Assembly: GCA_945875805.1 (NCBI GenBank)
Contig: CAMCLY010000003.1
Span: 1 to 55,009, forward strand
Source: an uncultured Myxococcales bacterium
GTDB taxonomy: Bacteria; Myxococcota_A; Bradymonadia; UBA4248
DNA length: 55,009 nt
Direction: 5' to 3'
Shown here: positions 9,828 through 20,143 of the stretch, piece by piece
Numbering within the stretch: position 1 is the stretch's first letter
Layout: each line of letters opens with the position of its first letter
Notes under the pieces: model-generated
Databases searched by the model: none
What the model saw: the letters and a program-made list of their open reading frames with translations, nothing else
Told to the model about the DNA's origin: nothing
Program-made: the position numbers and the translations under genes

Positions 9828-11520
9828 AAACGCCTTAATTTTAAGCATATTTATCATGTCGTGCGAATCACACCAAGAATCGCATGTTCAAAAAAACGAA
9901 ACTAACAATACAGCTATAACGACACAAAACAAGAAGGCAGGAGTGCAATCTGTTATCAACTTTTTAACCAGACATTCCCATCAACTGTCGAAATTTGACG
10001 ATATCTCTCCATTTATCATCAAATTTAACAGCGTAAAAAATACGAACCTTATATTATGCGCAGAACAAAACTACTACGAGCCATCATTTATTTTTCCCTT
10101 TCTGGTAAACTGTAATAATAGTATAACTATCCCTGGCGGGTATTATAATGATTATTCAACATGTGTATCATGCCATGTCTATCAGGATGGGGATTATGAA
10201 ATATCTTTTAAGGGTAGATTTCAAAGTGAGTACGGATATCTTTGGATAGACACAGATAACGATGACGCGCAGTTTAAATTCGTCGTTCAGTGGGGTGATC
10301 TTCCCCATGGCGTGTTGGCGGAATGGGTATTGGGAAATGACCCCAATGTCAATTTCATTTCCACCCACACACCTGAAGAAGATTCACCATACAAAGAAAT
10401 GCGCCCGCTTCAGTTCACATATAAAATCACCAAACCCGGTGCAGTGGTTCCCATCGTCGTAAAGGCAAACGACCACATTTTGCCCGATTATGAAGTCGAT
10501 TGTAACGGAGACGGCTTTTATGAACAACGCAATCTGCATTTTGCCACATACTGTAAATACGACAAGCCTGGCACCTATCACATTCGGCTACGTGGGATTA
10601 TCCCGGCGATTAAACACAACTGTCGTCCGTCGGAATATCTCAACGAACCTAAAAAGAAGAATTTCTGGTCAAAAATTGATCTCAATCACGGATATGAACT
10701 CATCTCGCTCGATCAGTGGGGCGATATCGAATACCACAGTCTGCATGCGTTCTTTTTTAATTGTGAACAAGCCAGAATCAAAGCCAAAGATACCCCAAAT
10801 TTTACACACCTGCACGATACAAGCGAAATGTTCAGAGGCACGCTCTCGTTTAACGACCCGGTCAACCATTGGGACATGTCTCATGTCGTCAACGCCATCG
10901 GGATGTTTCAGGAGGCAACAGCGTTTAATCAGCCCGTCGATCGTTGGGATGTGTCTCACGTCGTCTATATGCAAAATATGTTTAAAGAAGCCGTGAGATT
11001 CAATCAGACTGTCAACACATGGGATACGTCAAGTGTGGTGAACATGACGCAGATGTTTGACGGCGCTTCGCGCTTCAATCAGCCCATGAACCGATGGAAC
11101 GTTTCCAATGTCCGCTATATGAGCGGCATGTTTATCCGGACGTATCGGTTCAATCAGCCGCTCGATACATGGGATGTCTCCCATGTCGAATACATGAACG
11201 ACATGTTTGCCTTCTCACGATTTAATCACCCTCTCGACTGGAATATTGCCTCACTCAAAGACGCACGCGGGATTTTTGAACAATGCCCGTCATACGGAAA
11301 ATACTGCAAAAGACTGCCCCCATACCGCGATCTCAAATTTGTCGAAAAACTGGAAAAACATCTCCGCGCCAGAGGCGTGAACGATCCCGATATTTGGTGG
11401 AACGCCATGGCCGATAGAACCTATTTTCGATATGAAGATGACTACCCTGGATACGATTTACGCGGAGATGTCTATGATCCCTGGCGTACTTGTGCCGAGT
11501 CGAGGGGGGATTGTAAGTAG
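9811..11520 (+). CDS. Lipoprotein with C-terminal BspA/DUF285 repeats; candidate immunity protein
   Basis: Lipobox IFIMSC; repeats of FNQP.D.WDVS.V..M..MF; overlaps the upstream gene by 17 nt. The immunity role is inference. Confidence 0.8.
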   Translation: MTPLIRNALILSIFIMSCESHQESHVQKNETNNTAITTQNKKAGVQSVINFLTRHSHQLSKFDDISPFIIKFNSVKNTNLILCAEQNYYEPSFIFPFLVNCNNSITIPGGYYNDYSTCVSCHVYQDGDYEISFKGRFQSEYGYLWIDTDNDDAQFKFVVQWGDLPHGVLAEWVLGNDPNVNFISTHTPEEDSPYKEMRPLQFTYKITKPGAVVPIVVKANDHILPDYEVDCNGDGFYEQRNLHFATYCKYDKPGTYHIRLRGIIPAIKHNCRPSEYLNEPKKKNFWSKIDLNHGYELISLDQWGDIEYHSLHAFFFNCEQARIKAKDTPNFTHLHDTSEMFRGTLSFNDPVNHWDMSHVVNAIGMFQEATAFNQPVDRWDVSHVVYMQNMFKEAVRFNQTVNTWDTSSVVNMTQMFDGASRFNQPMNRWNVSNVRYMSGMFIRTYRFNQPLDTWDVSHVEYMNDMFAFSRFNHPLDWNIASLKDARGIFEQCPSYGKYCKRLPPYRDLKFVEKLEKHLRARGVNDPDIWWNAMADRTYFRYEDDYPGYDLRGDVYDPWRTCAESRGDCK

Positions 11521-11557
11521 AAGACTGCCCGTAATGATGGCCGGACAAAGCATAGAA

Positions 11558-11630
11558 GGCCGCCGTATTGCCCTATGGAGGGCAATAGGCGGCCGGCGGC
11601 GGCGTATCCGCCGAGGCGGATAGCCGCGCC
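11558..11630 (+). repeat. Doublet of bulged CGTAT/ATAG hairpins
   Basis: GGCCGC-CGTATTGCCCT-ATGG-AGGGCAATAG-GCGGCC and GCGG-CGTATCCGCC-GA-GGCGGATAG-CCGC, between convergent genes. Confidence 0.85.
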
Positions 11631-11664
11631 ACAGGCCAACACAAATTTTTATATATATAAATAT

Positions 11665-14600
11665 CTATAAATCGATTGAGTTTTCTTCCTGAGTCCAGAA
11701 CATACGTACAAATCGTGGATAGTTTTCGGAGATGAGGAAAGTTTCGAGGCCCTGATCGTCGGGTCGGCAGGCAAGGGCGCAGGCGGGAGAGGCGCAAAAG
11801 ACGGCGGCGAGGCATGCGGCGCGCGTTTGCAGGGCCAGGCGGAAGTCCGGCCATGAGGGGACGAGGAAGGGGACGCCGTCTTTGAACAGCTTGCGGTCGG
11901 CGCGGGGAAGGGCTCGGAAGAGTTGTTTTTTGATGGACTGGGCGAGCGCGGATTCGGGTTTGGGCTGGCAAAGGGCGAGAAAGAGGGCTTCAACGGTGGT
12001 GTCGTCGAGCGCATCGATCAGACATCCGCCTGTGACGGCCTGATGCATGGCAAAGGATGCCCAGAAATCAAAGGGGATGGGGTTGTTTTCGTCGATGAGT
12101 TCGGCGTCGAAGATGAGGGCGCCGGGGACGTCGAGTTTGGCGCGGGCGCGGAGGGTTTTCATCGAAGTCGTGGTGTAAATGCGGCGGACGTCGAGATTTT
12201 GGCCGAAGAGGCGTCGGACGCGCGCGAGGGCCCAGTGATCGTCGGGGAGCGGGTCCGCGGGCAGGGTGTCGCCGAAGAGCTCAAAGGCGCTGGGCGTCAT
12301 GAGGCGCAGATAGCGCTGGGCGTCGGCAAAGGCGCGCGGGATGGGAATGAGTTCGACGTCAAAAAAGCCGCGCGGCGTCCCTTTGGTGCAGCGCATCCAG
12401 CGTTGACCGGAGTCCGTGTGGCTTCGTTTTTCGTACAGGGCGGTGACGGCCGCAAGCGAGATGGGATCGCCAGTTTGCTTGAGAACGTCGATAAATGGTG
12501 GGAAGGCGTCGTTGAGAGCGATGTTTTTTCGCAGGGTTCTTCGGAACTCGCCGATGGCGGAGTCGATTTGACCGGCGCTTGCAAGCGCCTGCGCGCGGGC
12601 GAGGTAGGCCCAGTCGGTATTTTGTGACTCGTGGATGACGTCAGAGAGGAAGGCCAGGGCTTCGCGGTGCTGTCGGTTTGCGACGAGGAGGGCTGCGACA
12701 CAGCCCCGGTACTGGGCGATGCGTTCGGCGTTTCCCTGTTGGGAGAGTTCGCGTCGGGTGACGTCGATAAGTCTCTGGAGTTCGTGATGGGTTCGGTAGT
12801 CTTCGATGAGGGCGTCAAAGTCGTTTCTTGAATCGATGACGGCGTCGATGGCCTGTCGTTCGTAGAGGGTGCGCATGTCATGCGTCCATCCGGCCTCGCG
12901 TGCGATGCGCGTAAACGCGCAACGGGCGCGCCGAACTTCGTCGGGGTGCTGGGTATCGGCGCATATTTCTTCGAGGGTGGCTTTGGCGTCGCTCCAGTTT
13001 CGTTCGGCGCAGGCGATGTCGTACAGGAGTTTGAGCGCGGCCATGTCGTGGGGGGACTGCACGAGGAGTTTGCGCAAGATTCGCCGCGCGCGGTCTGGCT
13101 GTTCGAGTTGGTGGATGAGGATGTCCGCGTGTTTGAGGAAAGCCGCGCGTTTTCGTTCGGGGTCGTCGAGGTGGGCCGAGAGCTGTTCGATGGTTTCGAC
13201 GGCTTCACTCCACCGAGTCTGTTCGATGAGGAGGTCTGCCTGCATGGCGAGTGCGTCGAGATCGGCGGGCGCTTGGGCGATGAGACGGGCAAGGGTGAGG
13301 GTGGCGGCGGGGATATCGTGGAGCTGGTGAGCCTGGAGCGCGGCCTGTTTTCTGAGGATCTCGAGTTGTCTTGGGCCTTCGGGCATCGCCGCGATGGCGT
13401 GCGCATAGATCCGGGCGAGGGGTTCGTACCGATCGAGCGGTGGCAGGAGTTGCTCGCTCATCTGAATGGCAGGCATACAGGCGGGATCGTGGGAGAGCAG
13501 CCGAGAGAGGCTGGCGATGGCCTGTTCGGTTTTGTGCAGGGTGTTGGCCCACAACTGGGCGGCCCAGAGTCCATAACTGACGCGGTTTTCGGGGGCCGCT
13601 GAGGCTTCGGAGAGGCGGTCGGCGATACAGGCAAGACTGTAGGTGTCCTGGCTTTCTTCGGCGACGGCGGCGAGGGTCACGAGGGCAGGCAGGGCGTGGG
13701 CGTCGAGTTTGACGCATTCGCGCGCCACGCGTACGGCGTGGGCGGTCTGATCGTCATCGAGATAGGGGGCGAGGGCGGTTTTGAGGGTCTGAAGACGCGC
13801 GCGTGGCGACGAAATGTCGAGCTGGGCCAAGCGTTCCCGGAAGTACCCAAGGGCCTGCCAGTCTTCCGAAACCGACGAAAAATGTTCGAGCATCCAGAGC
13901 GTGCGTCGGTCGGAATCCTCGCGAATGAGGGAGTCTGAAAGGACGTGCCGCGCGGCATCGACGTCGGAATCGATCCAGATCGATCGCAGGGCCGCTTCGC
14001 GGCACAACGCGTGGTTCATCCATTTGTCGGACGTCTGCTGGCTGTAGCGTTCAAGCCAGGAGACGGCGTCCTCGTGGGGGAGTTCGCGCAGTGTCCGGAG
14101 TACTTCGGCGCGCAAGCACACACCATAGGGCAGGGGCAGGCTTCGGCGCAACCACAGCGCAATCGTCTGGGCCTGTTCTTCGCGTTGCGCGGCGCGCACG
14201 ATGGCCGCGGCCATCCAGTCAAAGAGGGCGTCCGCTTCCTCGGAGACCGCCCCCAACGCGCCGCGCATGCGCTGAAGGGTGTCCATGACGGTATCGGCCG
14301 GATCGACGGTCAGTTTTTCAATCGACGTCGACACAAACGTCATCATGGTGGGGCGCCGTTCAAAATACTTGAGACGCGCATGGAGCGTGCCCGCCAAATG
14401 ATGGAGACCGTATGTCTGTACGTCGAGGGCAAAACCATGAAGCGCCAGGAGTTCAAGCCCTTCATCTCGGGAAGGCCTGGCGCCGTCTTGTGCAGGCTCG
14501 ACGTCTTCGCGAGAGGCGTCGTGTTGGGCGTCATGCTTGACGACTGCGCGGTCGAGATGTTCCTGAACGAGATCGACCAGTTCTTTCCACTTCTGAAGGC

Positions 14601-16554
14601 GTTTGAGCAACGCCACGTACATGCGCAGTGCATAGAGTGGAAGCGGCTGGAGTTTTCGGGCCTTTTCAAATTCGAGAAGTGCAGTCTTGTCGTCTTTGAG
14701 CTGCAGACACGCCCAGGCGTTTTCGAGGGCAGTTTCGGCGCGCCGTGCGGCGCTCATCTGAAACTCGTCGCGCCATGCGTTGGACGTCATCAGAAGTTCA
14801 AACCGCCGGTCGCGCAACGCGATGTGGTGCGTCAGAACGATGGCGGGCACATAGGACGGCGCGTCTCGGTGTATCGCCATAAGGAGCTCAATGGCGCGAT
14901 CGGTATCCTCAAGGTTTCGGTCGAGACACAGCGCGGCTTCCATGCGCCACATCAGCGCTTCATCCTCATCGGTCGTATCGGTGGACATCTCCAGGAGCGA
15001 GGCCACGGTGTCGTCGTACTGCCCCAGAGAGGCCAAAAGATGGTGACGTCGCCAGGCCAGATCGCGGGATATCTCGGTCGAGTGCACCGAGCGCAGGTAC
15101 TGAATGGCTATTTCGGGGGCATGCATGCGCTCAGACAGGAGCGTGACGAGCTGACTCGTCAGGGCCGCCCGCGTGGGCGCGTCGTGCGTGGAATTCGCCC
15201 AGCTTTCGAGCATGCGTGCGTGGGCCGCGCCCTCGCACGTGTCGTCATAAGCCCGGTCGAGCTGATAAAGCCCGAGTCTGCCCTGCATCGCAGAAAACGT
15301 CCGGATGGCCTCTTCACGCGCTCCGGATTCGCCGAGCGCCACGCCAGCCAGCCATGTCAGACACGGCGCCCCCCACGCGTCCTCGCTCGCCATCACCTGG
15401 AGTATCCGCGCCAGATTTCCGGCATCGTGACGGGCGTCGTACATCGCGGCAAGCCGCGCATGCGCCATCGGCGTCGGGATCTGTTCGAGCATCGCCACCG
15501 CTTCGTCGGCATCGCGAAACGCGTCCAGACGCAGGTCCGCCAGCACCATGCGATGCGCAGCCCGCGTCTCCTCATCGTCAGCCATCTCCACCATTTGCGT
15601 TTCGAGTTCGACCGCGCGTTGCGCATTCCCCACATCCAGAAACGCTTCAACCGCCCATCTCGCCACCCCATATTTGTCGTTTACGCGTTTGAGGCACTCG
15701 CTGTAATAAAAACTCTCGCGTTCATGCTGCCCAACAAACCCATAGAGCACCGCCGCACGGTGAAAAAACGCCCCGCTGAGTTCGGAATCCTCGACGATTT
15801 GCGCCACCTGGGCGTATGCCTGCGCCGCCTCCGGAATCCGTGCAAACTTTTCGCAGAGCCACGCAAATTTGAGCCAGACATAAGGATTCGCGCGGTCAGC
15901 CTGTGTCGCCAGCGCCAGACTTTCACACGCCCTGGCCTCATCGCCATGCGCCATCTGTATCGTGCCCGCCAAATCGTACAGCACCGCCCGTTCCGACGGA
16001 GCCCCCAGCACCTGCGCCAGCGTACTCGCAAACCCTTCTGCACGCGCCAGCAAAGCCGCATCCGTCCCCTTCGACAGACTGATCCACAGCCCCGCATAAA
16101 GCGCCGCCACGCAATGCGCGTCGATCCCAAGCGCCCGATCGACCCACGTCATGGCCAGCCCCAAATCCTCCGCCACAATCCAATACAAATCGGTCAGCGT
16201 CAGACACACCGCAAGCCGATAATCCAAGTCCTCGACGAGTTCGTATTCGCGTTCCAGACAGGGAATCGCCTTGCGCCACAATCCCAGCTTGAGCAACAAA
16301 CGGTGCGTCGATTCAAGCCCCCACACACTTTCGGGCGCCAGCTGGCAGGCCAGTTCGAGGTCGCGCAAAATCGTCTCCTGCGCCGCATCGTCGTGGTCAT
16401 TGGCATACGCCGCATCCAGCAGCAACCCCGCCGCCATCATTCCGTCCTGCTCAAAAACCGCACGCGCCTCTCGCCTGTAGATTTCCGCCGTTTCCTCGCC
16501 CTCTGCCGCCTTTGCCCAAAGCCGTGCCCTGATGTCCTCAATATTCCCCGTCAT
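11665..16554 (-). CDS. Large tetratricopeptide-repeat protein, 1629 aa
   Basis: Continuous Ala/Leu-rich helical repeats (e.g. AIASLSRLLSHDP, ARRILRKLLVQSPHDMAAL, AYLARAQALASAGQIDSAIGEFRRTL). Confidence 0.85.
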   Translation of the reverse strand: MTGNIEDIRARLWAKAAEGEETAEIYRREARAVFEQDGMMAAGLLLDAAYANDHDDAAQETILRDLELACQLAPESVWGLESTHRLLLKLGLWRKAIPCLEREYELVEDLDYRLAVCLTLTDLYWIVAEDLGLAMTWVDRALGIDAHCVAALYAGLWISLSKGTDAALLARAEGFASTLAQVLGAPSERAVLYDLAGTIQMAHGDEARACESLALATQADRANPYVWLKFAWLCEKFARIPEAAQAYAQVAQIVEDSELSGAFFHRAAVLYGFVGQHERESFYYSECLKRVNDKYGVARWAVEAFLDVGNAQRAVELETQMVEMADDEETRAAHRMVLADLRLDAFRDADEAVAMLEQIPTPMAHARLAAMYDARHDAGNLARILQVMASEDAWGAPCLTWLAGVALGESGAREEAIRTFSAMQGRLGLYQLDRAYDDTCEGAAHARMLESWANSTHDAPTRAALTSQLVTLLSERMHAPEIAIQYLRSVHSTEISRDLAWRRHHLLASLGQYDDTVASLLEMSTDTTDEDEALMWRMEAALCLDRNLEDTDRAIELLMAIHRDAPSYVPAIVLTHHIALRDRRFELLMTSNAWRDEFQMSAARRAETALENAWACLQLKDDKTALLEFEKARKLQPLPLYALRMYVALLKRLQKWKELVDLVQEHLDRAVVKHDAQHDASREDVEPAQDGARPSRDEGLELLALHGFALDVQTYGLHHLAGTLHARLKYFERRPTMMTFVSTSIEKLTVDPADTVMDTLQRMRGALGAVSEEADALFDWMAAAIVRAAQREEQAQTIALWLRRSLPLPYGVCLRAEVLRTLRELPHEDAVSWLERYSQQTSDKWMNHALCREAALRSIWIDSDVDAARHVLSDSLIREDSDRRTLWMLEHFSSVSEDWQALGYFRERLAQLDISSPRARLQTLKTALAPYLDDDQTAHAVRVARECVKLDAHALPALVTLAAVAEESQDTYSLACIADRLSEASAAPENRVSYGLWAAQLWANTLHKTEQAIASLSRLLSHDPACMPAIQMSEQLLPPLDRYEPLARIYAHAIAAMPEGPRQLEILRKQAALQAHQLHDIPAATLTLARLIAQAPADLDALAMQADLLIEQTRWSEAVETIEQLSAHLDDPERKRAAFLKHADILIHQLEQPDRARRILRKLLVQSPHDMAALKLLYDIACAERNWSDAKATLEEICADTQHPDEVRRARCAFTRIAREAGWTHDMRTLYERQAIDAVIDSRNDFDALIEDYRTHHELQRLIDVTRRELSQQGNAERIAQYRGCVAALLVANRQHREALAFLSDVIHESQNTDWAYLARAQALASAGQIDSAIGEFRRTLRKNIALNDAFPPFIDVLKQTGDPISLAAVTALYEKRSHTDSGQRWMRCTKGTPRGFFDVELIPIPRAFADAQRYLRLMTPSAFELFGDTLPADPLPDDHWALARVRRLFGQNLDVRRIYTTTSMKTLRARAKLDVPGALIFDAELIDENNPIPFDFWASFAMHQAVTGGCLIDALDDTTVEALFLALCQPKPESALAQSIKKQLFRALPRADRKLFKDGVPFLVPSWPDFRLALQTRAACLAAVFCASPACALACRPDDQGLETFLISENYPRFVRMFWTQEENSIDL

Positions 16555-16616
16555 GATTGCTCCACAAAAACAGGGCCCCCAAAGCCCGTTTCCTCAAGTC
16601 GTGTTCTGCGTGCCGG

Positions 16617-16689
16617 GCGCGGGCTATCGGCCTTGACGGCCGATACGCCCCGCGCAAGCGCCTATTGCCTTGCAGGCAATACGGCGCTT
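16617..16689 (-). repeat. Doublet of bulged CGTAT/ATAG hairpins (reverse orientation)
   Basis: GGG-CTATCGGCC-TTGAC-GGCCGATACG-CCC and AAGCGC-CTATTGCCT-TGC-AGGCAATACG-GCGCTT. Confidence 0.85.
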
Positions 16690-16690
16690 T

Positions 16691-19600
16691 TTAATGATAG
16701 CGTGCCTCGGGATGTACGATCGTAAACCCGCATATCGAGGCCAGTGGCGACATCATGTCGCCTTCGGTCAACGTCAAGCCCATCTCATCGGCCCGGGTGA
16801 TCTCCAAAATGGGGCGTTTCTGCGCGTGATCCGGACTGATGGGATACCCCGGCGCCGGCGCGATGTAACGCCCAAGCGGCGCGACCTCGCGTTCATGCAT
16901 GACACCGTTGGCCACCTCGACAAGCGCCGTCGCCAGAGTCTGCGCCAGAATGGCGACGTAGTCGATATCCATGTGTGCCGCTTCGGCCAGCCGGGCCACG
17001 TCGTCTGCCGTCACAGGAGTCGTCAAGGCAAAAAGTCCCACCGCGCCGCGTTGCGGCGCGACAAAATCGGCGAGCGCTGTCGGTTCATGCGAGACATCGA
17101 GGTCTCGCGGGCCGCCGAGGCGACATAAAATCGTGCCCGCCTCGTCGAGCACTTCGATCGTTTCCTGTTCGGGACGCGCGCGTTTGAACACCAACCTCGC
17201 ATACGTCGTCAGCAAGCCGCATTCCTCGGCAATGCGACACAACGTGCGCGCGTCTTCGCGCGTCTTCTCATCGTGTTCCCGACACGCCGCCGACGCACAC
17301 GCCGTGCGGCCGCGCATCACGCGCGCGACGTATTCAAACATACGCGGATTCGCAAGGGTCGCAGGCGAATATGCAAATCGTTGCAAACCGCGCGCGATCT
17401 GGACTTCCAACGCGTCGAGAAGTTCCGGAGCAAACGTCCGGCGCGGCGCCATTCGGCGCGCCTCGTCAAGCGAACGCGTCGCGCCCGCCGATTTCTTTTG
17501 GGCATATTGCCGGGCAATCTCGCCGTATTCGGCGCGAATGCGCGCCATCGTCTCCTCGCGCGTCTCCGGCGACAACACCGCCGAAAGCAAGGCCGGAACG
17601 CGCGACGCATCGCCCACATGACACGCAAACCCCGGTGCATACGCCGGAACCAAACGTGTCGCCGCATACGCATCACTCGTCGCCGCGCCGCCGACAAACA
17701 GCGGTACCTCAATCCCCTCCGCGCGCAACGCTTCGGCCACATCCACCATCGTTTTGAGCGACGGCGATATCAGACCGCTCAGCCCAATCGCATCGACCCC
17801 ATGGGCCTTGGCCTCGCGAACGATGCGTTCCGTCTCGACCATGACCCCCAAATCGATGACCTCATAACCATTACACGTCAGCACGATATTGACGATATTC
17901 TTGCCGATGTCGTGAACGTCCCCCCACACCGTCGCCAACAAAATTCTATGACGCGCCTTAGGCGCTTGCTCCCCCCGAGCTACGTCGACATCGAGATACC
18001 CTATCGCCTGTTTCATCAGTCGTGCGGCTTTGACGATTTGCGGCAAAAACATCTCGCCACGTCCAAAGCGGTCTCCGACCTCGTTCATCGCTTCCATCAG
18101 AGGGCCTTCGATGAGCTCCAAGGACGAATACCGCAGCGCCAGCGCGCGGACATCCTCTTCGAGATGCGCGGCATTCCCGGTGAGAAAGGCGTGTTTGAGA
18201 CGCGCCTGAGGCGTCAGCGTGTCTTCTTTTGCGCCTTCATGCGCGCGGCTGGATACCTGCGGATCATGCGAGGCCATCCACGTCAGGAGCGCTTCAAGTG
18301 CATGAGAATGGACATTGCCCACCAAGTCGCGTGCAAGCCCCATCAATTCCGGATCGACGTCAAGCGCGAGCGAAGCGGGGTTGGCAATGATCATCGTGAG
18401 CGCGTCACCCGCCCGTTCCAAAAACGCCCTGTGAATCGCCGCGCGCACATCATCGCGCCCCCGGAACGAAAAAGACAGATTGCTCAAACCGCCGATCGTC
18501 CCAATTCCCGGATATTTGGCGCGCATCACGCGGCACGTTTCGATAAAACTCAACGCCTGAGTGTCGTGTTCGGGCAACCCCGTGCCAATGGCCAGAATGT
18601 TGGCATCCAGCGCGATGTGGTGAAGACTGAATCCGAGTTTCTCGACGAGAAGATCGACCGCACGCGACAAAATCGCCACGCGACGTTCGGTCGTCGACGC
18701 CTGCCCCTGCTCGTCAAACGCCATGACGATGACATCCCCACCAAGATCGCGTATCTCAGACGCCTGTTCCAAAAAAACAGACTCGCCCCCTTTGAGGCTT
18801 ATCGAATTGACGAGAGGCCGCCCCGGACATTCGCGGAGTCCGGCACGTATCGTCTGAAAATCGCTGCTGTCAATGACGACAGGGTAACGCGAAATCTCAG
18901 GCTCGGCGGCCATGCGCCGCAAAAAATCTCGCATGCAGCTTGGGGCATCGAGCATCGCGTCATCCATGCACACGTCGATAAGCTGGGCGCCGGCCGTCAT
19001 TTGTACGCGCGCCACGTCGAGCGCTTCATCCCAACGCCGCGACTCAATGAGACGTTTGAATTTGCGGGAACCCGTCACATTGGCGCGTTCGGCGACGACA
19101 TAACGCTCTTGTGGCTTCCCAACAGACTCAAGTCCAGACAGCGCAAGATGCGGCGCACAAGGCGCGCCCATCAGGCGCGGCGACACGCCGTGCATCACCC
19201 GAGACAGCGCGCGAATGTGCAGGGGCGTCGTGCCACAACAGCCCCCCACCAGATTGATCCAGCCACGGCGCGCATACGACTCCATCACGCGCGCCATCTG
19301 TTCGGCGTCGTCGTCATATCCCCCGTCCGCATCGGGAAGCCCGGCGTTGGGATAACAGCTCACCGCACACCCCACCCGTTGCGCCAATACGGGAAGAAAA
19401 TGCGCCATCTCCGAAGCACCAAAGCCGCAGTTCAGGCCAATGCTCAGCGGTTCAAAATCCGCCACCGTATCGATAAACGCCTCGAGCGCCTGCCCGTTGA
19501 GAAGACGGCCCGCCTTGTCGGCCAGTGACGCCGAAATCATAAACGGAAGATCGATTCCGCGGCGGCGCGTGACGCGTTTGAACGCATAAAATGCCGCTTT

Positions 19601-20143
19601 GGCGTTGAGGGCATCGAAATTCGTCTCGGATAAAATCGCATCGACGCCGCCCTCGACAAGGGCGTCGATCTGTTCTTCATAGGCGCTCGACAACGTGTCA
19701 AAATCGACATCGCGTCGCGCGGGATCATCCACGTCGGTGGCCATCGACAAACTCGTGTTGGTGGGGCCAATCGATCCTGCCACCCACGCACGCCGCCCGG
19801 TCTGTGCCCCAAAAGCCTCGACGGTCTCGCGCGCAACCCGCGCCGCCGCCACATTCATTTCCCGAATCCACGCGCCCAGTCCATACTCGCTTTGTGAGAC
19901 GCGGTTGGCACCAAAGGTACACGTCTCGATGATGTCGGCCCCCGCGTCGAGATATTCGCGGTGAATCCCGCCAATGACATCGGGACGCGTCAGCGACAGC
20001 ACGTCATTGTCGCCATGAAGCGCATGAGAATGGTCGGCAAAATGACGGCCCCTGTAATCCTCTTCACAGAGGTGGTGGCGCTGGATCATCGTACCCATGC
20101 CGCCGTCGAGAATGAGAATGCGTTCTTGAAGTGTTTTTTTCAT
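16691..20143 (-). CDS. metH: Cobalamin-dependent methionine synthase, about 1150 aa
   Basis: ILDGGMGTMIQ, GLNC and GGCCGT (Zn/homocysteine), pterin domain ERANVTGS, B12 motif DVHDIGKNIV, divergent activation domain (APGYP). Start at MKKTLQ (20143) overlaps the upstream stop (ATGA). Confidence 0.93.
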   Translation of the reverse strand: MKKTLQERILILDGGMGTMIQRHHLCEEDYRGRHFADHSHALHGDNDVLSLTRPDVIGGIHREYLDAGADIIETCTFGANRVSQSEYGLGAWIREMNVAAARVARETVEAFGAQTGRRAWVAGSIGPTNTSLSMATDVDDPARRDVDFDTLSSAYEEQIDALVEGGVDAILSETNFDALNAKAAFYAFKRVTRRRGIDLPFMISASLADKAGRLLNGQALEAFIDTVADFEPLSIGLNCGFGASEMAHFLPVLAQRVGCAVSCYPNAGLPDADGGYDDDAEQMARVMESYARRGWINLVGGCCGTTPLHIRALSRVMHGVSPRLMGAPCAPHLALSGLESVGKPQERYVVAERANVTGSRKFKRLIESRRWDEALDVARVQMTAGAQLIDVCMDDAMLDAPSCMRDFLRRMAAEPEISRYPVVIDSSDFQTIRAGLRECPGRPLVNSISLKGGESVFLEQASEIRDLGGDVIVMAFDEQGQASTTERRVAILSRAVDLLVEKLGFSLHHIALDANILAIGTGLPEHDTQALSFIETCRVMRAKYPGIGTIGGLSNLSFSFRGRDDVRAAIHRAFLERAGDALTMIIANPASLALDVDPELMGLARDLVGNVHSHALEALLTWMASHDPQVSSRAHEGAKEDTLTPQARLKHAFLTGNAAHLEEDVRALALRYSSLELIEGPLMEAMNEVGDRFGRGEMFLPQIVKAARLMKQAIGYLDVDVARGEQAPKARHRILLATVWGDVHDIGKNIVNIVLTCNGYEVIDLGVMVETERIVREAKAHGVDAIGLSGLISPSLKTMVDVAEALRAEGIEVPLFVGGAATSDAYAATRLVPAYAPGFACHVGDASRVPALLSAVLSPETREETMARIRAEYGEIARQYAQKKSAGATRSLDEARRMAPRRTFAPELLDALEVQIARGLQRFAYSPATLANPRMFEYVARVMRGRTACASAACREHDEKTREDARTLCRIAEECGLLTTYARLVFKRARPEQETIEVLDEAGTILCRLGGPRDLDVSHEPTALADFVAPQRGAVGLFALTTPVTADDVARLAEAAHMDIDYVAILAQTLATALVEVANGVMHEREVAPLGRYIAPAPGYPISPDHAQKRPILEITRADEMGLTLTEGDMMSPLASICGFTIVHPEARYH

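Noticed and set aside
11558-11630. Integron attC sites as the identity of the bulged hairpins
   Set aside because: No RYYYAAC/GTTRRRY core boxes, no integrase, and the flanking genes are housekeeping genes in mixed orientation.
13945-16725. 926-aa plus-strand ORF, and similar long ORFs at 17273-19528, 35698-37347, 39030-40892 and 4658-6043
   Set aside because: Antisense shadows of well-supported genes in GC-rich DNA, with Arg/His-rich or otherwise implausible composition and no motifs.
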